This document shows positions 54,700 to 64,000 of a stretch of 64,000 nt of DNA, piece by piece. The notes below the pieces were generated by a model. The model had not been told where the DNA came from. It saw only the letters and a list, made by a program, of their open reading frames with translations, and did no database searches. The stretch's first letter is position 1, and the number at the start of each line of letters is the position of its first letter. The DNA comes from Anthoceros angustus. Taxonomy: Eukaryota > Plantae > Anthocerotophyta. Made by a program: the position numbers and the translations under genes. The stretch lies in NCBI GenBank assembly GCA_010909165.1, contig MU008176.1, positions 1,108,856-1,172,855 on the forward strand, in the 5' to 3' direction.

Positions 54700-56460
54700 C
54701 AATCAACGAAGAAGGCCTCCTCCCATCTCTTGTTACTGCAGCTCCTTGTGGGAGGGAAAGGGGCTTCCCCTCTAGCGGCCACACTTATTCCCAGATCGTT
54801 TAAATGCATGGTTTCGTCCCATGAGACTTGTGTGAAAGATCGTCTTGGGGAAACAATCGCTACCTGCAGTGACACACTACCTCCGCCTTCTAAACAAGCA
54901 AGGCGCCCTCTACTCTCCCTCTTACAGCAGTTGCACCACTTGCACTGCTCCGAAAAATCACCAATCCTCGACCTACAACGACACAACAATTGCAGTCACA
55001 CCTTAGTAGGAGCCTATCACGGCGCCGGGGACCCCAGTCCACACCGCAATTTCGTCCCTACTTCTAAGACCAATCTTCTCCACTCGGGGGCGCCCTCTTA
55101 CTTGCGGTTGGGATTCGTCCCTTAGGCTCTGCGTGGCCACTAACACCTACAATCTAATCCTCTACTCATCTCCTCCTCTTCCTCCTATTCTAACCTCGAT
55201 TCGGGCTTCTGGCCTCGCTGCCTTACGGCACTGCACAGGTCGGCCTCCACCAGCAAGTTCTTCCTTGGGCGGTTGCTATGAGTTTGACACCATCAAGGAG
55301 AACCTCCAGAGTCTTTCCTGTAGTCTACCTCAGTAGGGGTTCCACAGGCATTGCCACACACCCAAAGCAAAGCAATTTCACAACAACCATTCACAAGGAG
55401 CAACTCGTTTAGGCACTTGCAGGAGCAAGTCCTCCACCAAGCACTCCGACCACCGCGACTTCCTCTCTACAGAATGACTGCGTTGGCTCACAGTGACACG
55501 ATTCTCTGTAATGGCAAAGGACTCATGAGTATGGGCGCAGACATGATACTTTACTTTGTGAAATCCTCCTCCTCTTATAGGAGGCCTTCCACATACAACC
55601 TCCCTTGGATGACCCTACTGCAGGTCACCTTTTCCAATATTTTATTGTTTCCTACCGCCAGTATTTAAGACCTGGCATCTAAGTTTGTTGTCTGATTCTA
55701 GGTAAATTTTATTCTAGCTACTTCACCTAAGATCATCCCTAAAGGATGTCAGTCTTACATCACCTATCCTTCCTATTCTCCCACTCATCATTTATGGTCT
55801 TTGACCATACCTAGTCCTCACCCTCTGGGATAGTGACGCGTCCTTTGTGGATTGGCCTCGCCTCCTTGGTACCTCCTTCTTCCTTCCCAGATCTTGTCGC
55901 CTTCCTGGTTTGTGGGGCAAGTGTCACCATCCTTCCTTCCTCCTCCTGATTCCTCCCATCATCCGCAATAGCGCCCCTTGTAGCTTCCTGCTGTCTCCAT
56001 CTGGCGCCTCTTCTACAATCACCCTGCAGCGGTGGTCGGCGAGACGGTAGGTTGACCTACCAGTCTGGGTCCCTTTCTCCCTTTCTTCCTTCCTTCCTTC
56101 TTCGCAGTGGTGGGGGCTTCCTGGGTCGAGATCTCCATTGCTCTTTTGCCTGCTGTTCGATTTGTCCATACCTATCATAGAGCATCTTCAAAGAGTCTTC
56201 ATCCCCATTCGCCGGACCATGCTGGTCTCCTTACTGATTCCTCCGGGCCTTTTTCGTGCTGGACTCCTCCCCAAGTCCCGGTTCCTCCCTTATTCATGGG
56301 GTGAGGGGAATTCTCACCCCTTCCTGTCCCCCGACGGGTCGGATCCCGTCTTTGACCTCCTCCGGAGCCGTTGCCCTCCACCGCTACCGCCTTCCCCTGG
56401 GGTATGCCACCACCTCCCCTGCTCCTTCATCCACCCTTCCATTGACCCCCCCAGCCCTCG
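54700..56460 (-). pseudogene. Degenerate Gypsy gag C-terminus/aspartic protease region
   Basis: By-eye reading gives EVLLDG followed by a VRIGG-like segment (retropepsin-like) downstream of a gag-like segment; many stops; homologous to 17830-18740. Confidence 0.45.
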
Positions 56461-56528
56461 CCTGTAGATTTGCCCCGGTGTCCGCGTACCTAGCGTGGGG
56501 CTCCATGGTCCCGGACTACTGGTAGGGT

Positions 56529-57500
56529 TTAGGGTCTCTGAGTAGGGTGACCCTGAGGGCGGGTCCCCTCCTTGCTCTCCGCCATCTTCCTCCTTGGCGC
56601 CCGCTCGCTCCTCCTCAAGCTTCCTTGGACCTGAGTCCATATCACTGTGGCCTCTTGATGCAGGCCTCGGTGCTGCACCTCGCCTTCATCATCATGAGGA
56701 CCCAATGTCCTCCTCTTGGCCAAACGTAACACCTCGTTGTTGGCCTTCAAGATCCTGTTATGGAGATGGGCTCCCAAGCTATGGTATTGCATCTGGAGGT
56801 CGTCGAGCTCCGTGGGCCATTCTCCATTTTCACACCTACCCTTGTAGGCGTCCCTTGCGGTGGTCAATTGCCCCACCTTCACATGGAGGGTCACATTCTC
56901 CTCCCTTGCTTCCCTCAGCTGGCTGGCTAATTTCGCTTGAAGGGAATAATCCGCCCAAAATCGCCTCTTCCTTACCACCAGCATTCTATGCACCATTTTC
57001 TTGTGGTGCTCCTCCTCCTGGGACCTCCTCCACTCCAGGTCCGCTAATTGTTGGGCAAGCTCTTCCTTCTCTGCTTGCCACGCACTCCTCTCGCGCTCCA
57101 GCTCCTGCAATTGCTGGTCCTGTGACTCCAGCTCTGCGCGCTTCTCTTCCAAGTTGTACCGGGTCCTCCGCAATTCTTCTTCCATGTCCCGGATTTTGAT
57201 GGCTTGAGTAGCCATCACTTGCTCTTGCGCCTCCACTTGTTGGACCGCCTGCTTCTCCCTCCCTAGAGCTTCGGTCTTGCTCCTCCGCTCCTGCTCTAGT
57301 TGGGCAAAGTGCTCTTCCGCCTTTTGGCTCCAAGAGTCCCGTTGGGTGGTTGCTCACGCCTCTCCTGCTTGGGGGACAACCTCCCTTCCGACCTTCTCCG
57401 CACGCTGCTGATCCACAAGGTCGCTGAGCCCATGCCCTTCTCCAGCCTGGCTGCCTTCTCATCGGACTCCATGGCCTCCAATTGCCATTTGGTCCTTGCA
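56529..57500 (-). pseudogene. Coiled-coil C-terminal half of an LTR-borne ORF (N-terminal half at 62188-63400)
   Basis: 235 aa ORF EEELRRTRYNLEEKRAELESQDQQLQELERERSAWQAEKEEL...LGPHDDEG, homologous to the 51.2-53.1 kb peptides. Confidence 0.75.
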
Positions 57501-57514
57501 ATTGCCACTAGAAT

Positions 57515-58287
57515 CGCCTCCCACCGGGTAGGTGCCTCCTCACCGGGTAGGCCGCCTCACCGGGTAGGTGCCTCACCGGTAGGTGCCTCACCGCAGGGGT
57601 CAGCCTCCCACGGGGTAATGCCTCACCGGGTAGGGCCTCCCCTCTGGGGTAGGGCCTCCCACCGGGTAGGGTGCCTCCTCACCGGGTAGGTGCCTCCCCT
57701 ACCGGGATGGGCTGCCTCCCCTCAGGTTGCCTCCCCTACCGGTAGGTCGCCTCCCACCGGGTAGGTGCCTCCCCACCCAGGCCGCCTCCCCTCAATGGTA
57801 GGCCTCACCGGTAGGCCGCCTCCCTCGGGTAGGCCTCCCACCGGGTAGGGCCTCCCACGGGTAGGCCGCCTCCCCTCGGGTAGGGCCTCCCCTACCGGTA
57901 GGCCGCCTCCCTCGGGTAGGCCGCCTCCCCTACCGGGTAGGCCGCCTCCCCTCTGGGGTGGTGCCTCCTCACCGGTAGGTCGCCTCCCCTCACCGGTAGG
58001 GTTGCCTCCCACCGGGTAGGTGCCTCCCCTCAGGGTAGGTGCCTCACCGGGTAGGTGCCTCCCCTCTGGGGTGGTGCCTCACCGGGTAGGTGCCTCCCAC
58101 CGGGTAGGTCGCCTCCCACGGGTAGGTGCCTCCCCTACCGGGGTGCCGCCCGCCTCACCTGGTAGGCCGCCTCCCCTACCGGTAGGCCGCCTCCCCTCGG
58201 GTAGGCCGCCTCCCCTACCGGGTAGGCCGCCTCACCGGGTAGGTGCCTCCCCTCAGGGTAGGTGCCTCACCGGGTAGGCCGCCTCTA
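57515..58287. repeat. GC-rich degenerate minisatellite (~18-22 bp unit, ACCGGGTAGG(T/CC)GCCTCCCC)
   Basis: Dozens of variant units; related units (ACCGGGTACGCCGCCTCCCT) resume in the same orientation at ~62035-62270. Confidence 0.92.
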
Positions 58288-58299
58288 CCCAGATAAATG

Positions 58300-61200
58300 A
58301 TCCGGACTGGAAACCTGGGATGTGCAGAAGTGTTTTTTTTGTTTTTGGTCGAGTGTGGTGTGAAAAAGTCGGCCGATGTGAGGCAGGTATTTATAGAAGA
58401 AATGTCCTTGGCCTATGGTTTTTTCTTGTTTTGATTTTTAGGTTAGAAAATAAATGGTCCGGAATTTGGTGTTCCTTGGCCCATGGACTTGGGAATGTTC
58501 CACCAAAAGTCTATATATGTGAGATAGGGGGTTGGAATAATTAGAGTGTGATAGGTCTATAAGTTTGGGGTCAGCGGGCGGTGAATGAGTGTGGGGTTGT
58601 GGATTGGGATGTGGAAGCGGTCGAGAGGTCTAACAGAGTAGGGGAACCCGGGAAACTTAACCCTAGGAAATAATGTAATCCTCTCAAACAACGGAGCGCA
58701 ACGGGCACGGAGCGAGCGCGAGCGACGACGGCGGAGCGACGTCGAGCCCCGGGGCACCGGATCGCAGGAGGCGCAACGACGGAAGGAAGGAGCTCAACCC
58801 CACATCGCGAATCGCGACAGAGGAGGAAGGCGCCAGACGGCCCTTGCCGAGGAGGTAGGAACCACAGGACCCCAGGGAAATTCGCGTTGGCGTTGTGGCG
58901 CGAGGCGTGAGAGGATGGCGCCCAAGGTCACCACGAAATTTGCCCAATGGCCAAACATGGATCATTGGAAAGTTCGAGCTGAGAACTGAAGGAGTCAAGC
59001 CGGGTTTCATGGAAGAGCGGTGGAATTACATGAACTGGGACTGTGCAGAGTGTGCGCGCCACCAAGGACAAACAGGCGGGATTTAGAGCGCCGCAGGATT
59101 GGGACCGGAGTGGTTAGGAGGGTGTATGGGCGCAGAAGGAGGAGGCGGGTTTGGTGATGGAGCCGCCCAAAAGAGCAAAAGAAGAAGCAGCACCGGTTAA
59201 AGCGGGCGACGCGAACCCAACGGCCGGTTGACGAGGGATTTGGCAACGGCAGCTTGATGGGTCCGCCAGTGGCTCCTATGTTTCGCAAAGACAAGAAGGG
59301 ATTATTTGTCGACCACTTGCCGCTTCCTTCATGAAGTGGTCAAGGAAGATCGATTGAGGCGAATTCTCTTGACAAGTTGTGTGAAGAGAGGTTGAACTGA
59401 TTTCTCCCTCGGCCCTCTCTAATCTCACCATTTCGGTCCATCTTTATGTTTACGCTAACCGCCCGCCGAGGTGGAGATTGTAGCCTCCCTCCACATGTGG
59501 AAGCCGCTAGGGAGGTGAAATGGAAGGCGGAGGAGCCCAAGGAGGAAAAATCGGATAGCTGGAGTCGGGGCGATGTGCCTGGAGGAAGAGAAGGAAATTC
59601 CCACCAAGAAAAGAGGAAGACCGGGGTGAAAGGCGGGCATCGTGAAAAGGTGAGAGCGGATGCGCTGGCCACGTCGGTCAACGCGCCACTAAAAATGAAA
59701 GCCAAACGGCTGGAGGTGGCAGAAGAGGAGGCGCGATCCGAGGACAATTTTGCTGACCTGGATGCAGATGATGAATCAACTCCGGAGGGTTTAGGGCGAC
59801 CTCGAGCGGACCCCCTCAAAGATGGGAAGAGATTTTCAAGGGGACTCCACCGCAACAGAGGTGGATGCAACCGAATTGGTGAGGGTGCGCACCTTGCCGG
59901 GAGGAAAGTTCTCGTGAGGGATGGCGTCGCGGGCCGCCACAACAAGTGGACTTGCGTGAGCCGACCACGCCGATGATCCGGGCCCAAGCATTTGTTGGAT
60001 CAAGCGGCTTTAGCTCTCACCGCTCAGGGGGGCGACGGAGGAAGTGGTGAAGGTTTGACGAAGAGGAGGCCAAGCGCAAGCAACCGGAGGAAGACAAGCG
60101 GAACCTAGAGGAAATAAGGGCCAAGATTCAAGAAGATTTGTGCAGGCCTGTGAGAAGTTGCAAGCCATGACGAGCACAGGAAGCACTCATGGCTCAAATT
60201 AAGGATGCCCACGAGACGAACCAGAGATGCAGGGGAGTTGTTGCGAGCCCAGGAGGCGGCCTCGGAAAAGGCCCATAAGCAGCGAGCGATAAGGAGCGGA
60301 TGAGGCACGTGTCAGCCGAAAAGACAAAGGGAAGGGGAAGCGGTAGCAGACCACGATCGAGTAGCGGAAGGAACTACCGAGCGGAAGGAAGCAAAGAACC
60401 GAGGTAGCAAACCTCACCTACCAAGGTTGCCGAACGACGGCCGTGGAGTCCACTACCGTAGTCGAAACCGCCACCGACATTGGCGCATCCAACCCAAGGT
60501 GCAGGGCGGGGCGGCGATGCGACGTGGCGCCCGCGAGGACATGGCCAGCAACTGTGTAGCCTACGGAGGAGGGTAAGCACCTCACCGCAGGGGGTCCTAT
60601 TATATTCGGCACATGGATGAGGAAACTTATGTTCCCGGTCTATATGTGAATGGAGAACGCGTGCTTAACCTCACCGCCCATGTGCGTGTGGAAATAGGAG
60701 GGACTGTGGCCTACCTAAGTGAGGAGTGCATACTTCTACCACCGCGCCGGTGGGGGTTGGCCCCTTATGGAGGCGACTTTGGAGGAGTTGAGCGAGGAGG
60801 AGGTCCAGCTTGGGTGGACGAGGAACCGTAATAATCCTCGAATAGGCGGCCGGAAGATGCGAAGCCCCAGTGGTACACCTCAAATTCGACGACAAAGTGA
60901 GGTGGAAGTAGTGTGGGAGAACCCCACCAGCGCAAGGGAGAGCTCGTGGCGGCAATGGAGGACGAGCTGCACGCCAGAGCAGCGAGGCGAGGTGGTAGCA
61001 TCCTAAAGATAATTTGGTTAGGTGTCGACCGACCTAGGATCGCCCAATTGTGGGCGCGGCCCTTCGTGATAGCCATCTTAGGACCTAAAATCCGGGCATG
61101 GCGCCCAGAGATGTATAAGGGGCAGGTCCCTCACGCAGATAACTCGGTTGAGATCCCCACGCCTGGCTGGTTGGAGACGTCCGATGATGGGTGGCGCGAC

Positions 61201-62028
61201 GCCCTAGGGGTGGTCGAGAGCTTGCTCCGCAACCGGGAGGAGGGGTGATGGAGCAATTTTGCCGACAAAGGAGGAGGAAACCAAGGGATTGGCGCGGGTC
61301 CGGAGCTTGCTCGTAACGCCTGCCGTGACGGGGTTCTTCTTTCCTTCACCTTGTCCCGAAGTTGTGTTCAAATTGAGAGTGTTGAGTGGATGGTTGGAAG
61401 CTGCCAATTGAGGGAGAGAGAGGAGAGAAGATTGGGTGAAGGAGAGATCAAATCAGACGCGAGGTGTGAGATCGTGGAAAGAGAAGGAGAGCGAATTGGG
61501 AGCGAAAGGAGAATTGTGTGTGTTTGAAACTCGAACCGGTGTTTGGAAAGTGCACAAGGGAAACAACTGGTGGAAATCGTGTGGTGTGGCGCCTTTCGTG
61601 TGTGTGTGTGTGTGTGTGTGTGAGAGCGTGAGGTATCCTAGGAACTTTGGTCCCTAGGAATCGGTGCATGAAGTGTGGAGTGCAGAAAGATCGTGAGCGC
61701 GACGCCGTGGACGGGATCCGGCGCGGAAATAAGTCGCTAGGGTTTGGTGTGGGACCCACCTCGGTGGTTGTAAGCAACTACCGGTAGTGGTGAGAGCCAC
61801 CGTGGTGGAAGTGGAATAGAGGCGGTCGTGGAATAAGATCCGTGGTAGACAAGACGGGGTAGTAGGTTGAGTAGATAGAGAGGAGTAAAGTAAGTCTGAC
61901 TTAGGTGAAGGTCAAGAGTGATAGAAGTTAGCGCTTGGCACAAACCATTCCCTCGGGAGCGAATCCCGTGACTACAGCGACATTGAGGGTAAATGTGGAC
62001 CCACCGTGTCCCACGACACGGGTTTACA
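58300..62028 (+). mobile_element. ~3.7 kb LTR-like element with a diverged internal ORF (~58690-60420), inserted in the minisatellite; left boundary approximate
   Basis: Right end CACGGGTTTACA; left TGGAAACC at ~58308 resembles the inverted TGTAAACC; CCTTGGCC repeats plus CTATATATGT as at 49.4-49.6 kb; peptides GVVRRVYG and KID*GE..LDKLCEE align with RSIRQVYG and KPDWGTIMYEAY. Confidence 0.55.
61599..61622. repeat. (TG)12 microsatellite
   Basis: Perfect TG run. Confidence 0.95.
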
Positions 62029-62187
62029 TGCATGATGCCTCCCACTGGGTACCGCCTCCCAAGGCACGCCTCCCCACCGAGGTACCGCCTCCCTAGCACG
62101 CCTCCCTGCTGTGCCTCCCCTACACTGCACCGCCTCCTACACGCCGCCTCCCTACCGGCACGCCTCCTCCCTACCGGTACCGCCTCC

Positions 62188-63400
62188 CTACCGGGTACGC
62201 CGCCTCCCTAATGCGTTGCCTCCCCTGGTACGCTGCCTCCCTACCGTGTACGACCGGGTGCCTCCCCATCGGCACTCCACGAAACGCGGGACTCCTCCCA
62301 CCCTTGGGGCTGTCAACCCTACCGTGGTAGTCTGCCCCTCATAGACTACCACCTGGCCCTCTATGGCCGGATTTTGCTCTCCTTCTCCTTGCTCCTCTTG
62401 TGGGGGAAAGGCCTCCCACTCCGGCAACCTCGTTGCCTCCACCTCCTCTGTCCTTGGCCCTGGTGCGCTTGTGGAGGTATGTCCTCCCATAGTCTTCCTT
62501 AGAGCGAAGGGCAAAAGCCGCTCTAAGCTTGGTTGGAGGTGAATGATCTCAAAAGGATGCCAAGCATCCTCAAGCTCTTTGCTAGTCAAGAGCCCCTCCG
62601 TCTCCCACAAATGCACCAAATAGGTGCTGAGGTAACATGGCCTTGGCCCCTCTTCATCCACGGAATTCGGCCTAAGGAGCTTCTCCCTGTGATGGATATA
62701 GGCCTCATACATTATTGTGCCCCAATCCGGCTTGGCTCCTTGCGAAATCTTCCACAAGAATTGGAGGAAGTTGGTGCTGAAGTAAGAGGTCCATTGGTAA
62801 TTCACCAACCCCAGGACAATCTTGGCAAAGAACCGCCATTTCAGCTCCTTGATGCTGTCCGTCTTCCAGCCGTTCTTGGCGTGGGCCTTCACTCCTCCGT
62901 CCATCATGTCTAAGACCTCTTGTGGGATTTCCGAAAGGGAGATCCTCTTCCCTCCATTTGTCCTCTCAAGGAGGGCAATTCCGGAGCTCTCCTCCTCCGG
63001 CCTTCCATACACCTGTCGAATGCTCCTAGCTCCAAACCCAACACCGGCCGTCACAGCATTCCTGACAGAGCAAGGGCTGCCTCTGATTGATGGAGGTTGA
63101 TGTAACACTCCTCAATCAACTCCAAATTGGTGTAGGCCCACTGGCGGCCATCCCAATTGGATGTTTTCCTCCTCCGCCCACTGCCTAAAATCCACCAAAT
63201 CGCGGGGGTTGAGCTGCCCCACAAAACAGGTGAACTGGGGCATCTCGAAATCGCCTCCTCCTTGCGGCATAGCCTCCGCTGCTGTTTTCTTGCCCTTTCC
63301 TCCTCCTGAGGATGAGCCTTTGGCAGGCGCGGCCTTCCCCTTGCCTTTCCCTGCTCGAGGCATGGCGCCTTTTCCCGCAAAAATGCTGTCAAGGAAGTGG
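62188..63400 (-). pseudogene. N-terminal conserved half of an LTR-borne ORF; best-preserved copy; upstream LTR sequence runs off the window end
   Basis: ORFs 63112-63363 (LVDFRQWAEEENIQLGW), 63051-63392 (WAYTNLELIEECYINL) and 62188-63108 (KNGWKTDSIKELKWRFFAKIVLGL..QGAKPDWGTIMYEAYIHHREKLLRP..LSTYLVHLW) join via two frameshifts. Confidence 0.8.
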
Positions 63401-64000
63401 ATTACTCCCCAATTGCGAGTTCTCTCGCCCTTCTAGTGCCTCAGCCAAAAAACCCTCTTGGTGGAAAGCAACTCTTTTACACAATCTCAAGGTTAGCCCT
63501 AGCTTGCTTCCCACCCTCTTCTTCTCTCCTTTTTCTCCAACGTGGAGGTGCTTCGACTGAGTTACTCGCGCCTTCCTTCAGTCCCTTCCTCCAATTTCGT
63601 TTTGCTTCCACTCGTCATTTCGCCATTGCCCTCTGCTCCCGAGTCTCCGTACTTGCAGACTGCCTCTACGCCTCCACACGGTGGCGACCTCCTCTTTTCC
63701 ACTTCCTTTTTCCTCTCGCTTCCCCGCGAGCTCCAACTAGGGTTTCCTCTCCTTCCTCAGCTCGCGCGCCTAGCTCCCTTTTGCGCTCAAACTTGATCGC
63801 GGTGGTGATGGCGAGGGCGATGGCGGCTCTCTCCTCTCCTCTTGCGCTACGCCTCCTCCGCCTCACAAGTGAGGACGCCACCAAGAGAGTTGGCGCCAAA
63901 GCGCACTTTGCCCTCCTTAGATTGCTGCCACCTGGAGACTTACCAACCCTAGATTTGATTTACCACACTAAAATTCCTAATCCTGCCTAAATTACCTATT

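Noticed and set aside
57515-58287. Repeat array as a CRISPR-like locus
   Set aside because: No unique spacers between constant repeats, no cas genes, eukaryotic context; it is a degenerate minisatellite.
49397-62032. TGCA before 49401 and after 62028 as the TSD of one 12.6 kb element
   Set aside because: The two putative LTRs are too diverged to be a pair, and the minisatellite continuity across 58287/62035 shows the right-hand unit is a separate nested insertion; a 4 bp match is expected by chance.

Overview
This is eukaryotic nuclear DNA, almost entirely nested transposons around one host gene cluster. It is most likely from a non-seed land plant; that is inferred from intron-rich organellar TrpRS genes, PLS-class PPR genes and TTTAGGG motifs. 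Left to right: (1) a decayed CACTA (En/Spm) element on the minus strand, from ~2415 to at least 16250, whose Tnp2 transposase is split at 9639-15836 by a TG..CA solo-LTR-like insert that carries its own large ORF; (2) a Gypsy gag/protease fragment and two back-to-back Copia fragments (17.8-20.3 kb); (3) a tandem array of a ~5.65 kb unit holding a PLS-PPR gene (-) head-to-head with an organellar tryptophanyl-tRNA synthetase (+), giving three TrpRS copies (only the third looks functional) and two PPR pseudogenes; (4) a dead PIF/Harbinger element (transposase plus Myb/SANT gene) with a full-length Ty1/Copia element (37890-49076) inserted in its Myb gene; (5) a nest of large Gypsy-type LTR-like sequences (49.4-64 kb). 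The strongest candidate novelty is a family of 3.5-4.5 kb LTRs, seen as four diverged copies, that each carry a homologous large ORF (conserved ~200 aa domain, repetitive linker, coiled coil) apparently inside U3, upstream of the TATA/AATAAA. Many 0.4-1.8 kb tandem duplications differ mainly by small indels, which suggests an unpolished long-read assembly, so individual frameshifts and some duplications may be artefacts. No CRISPR, rRNA or tRNA genes were seen.
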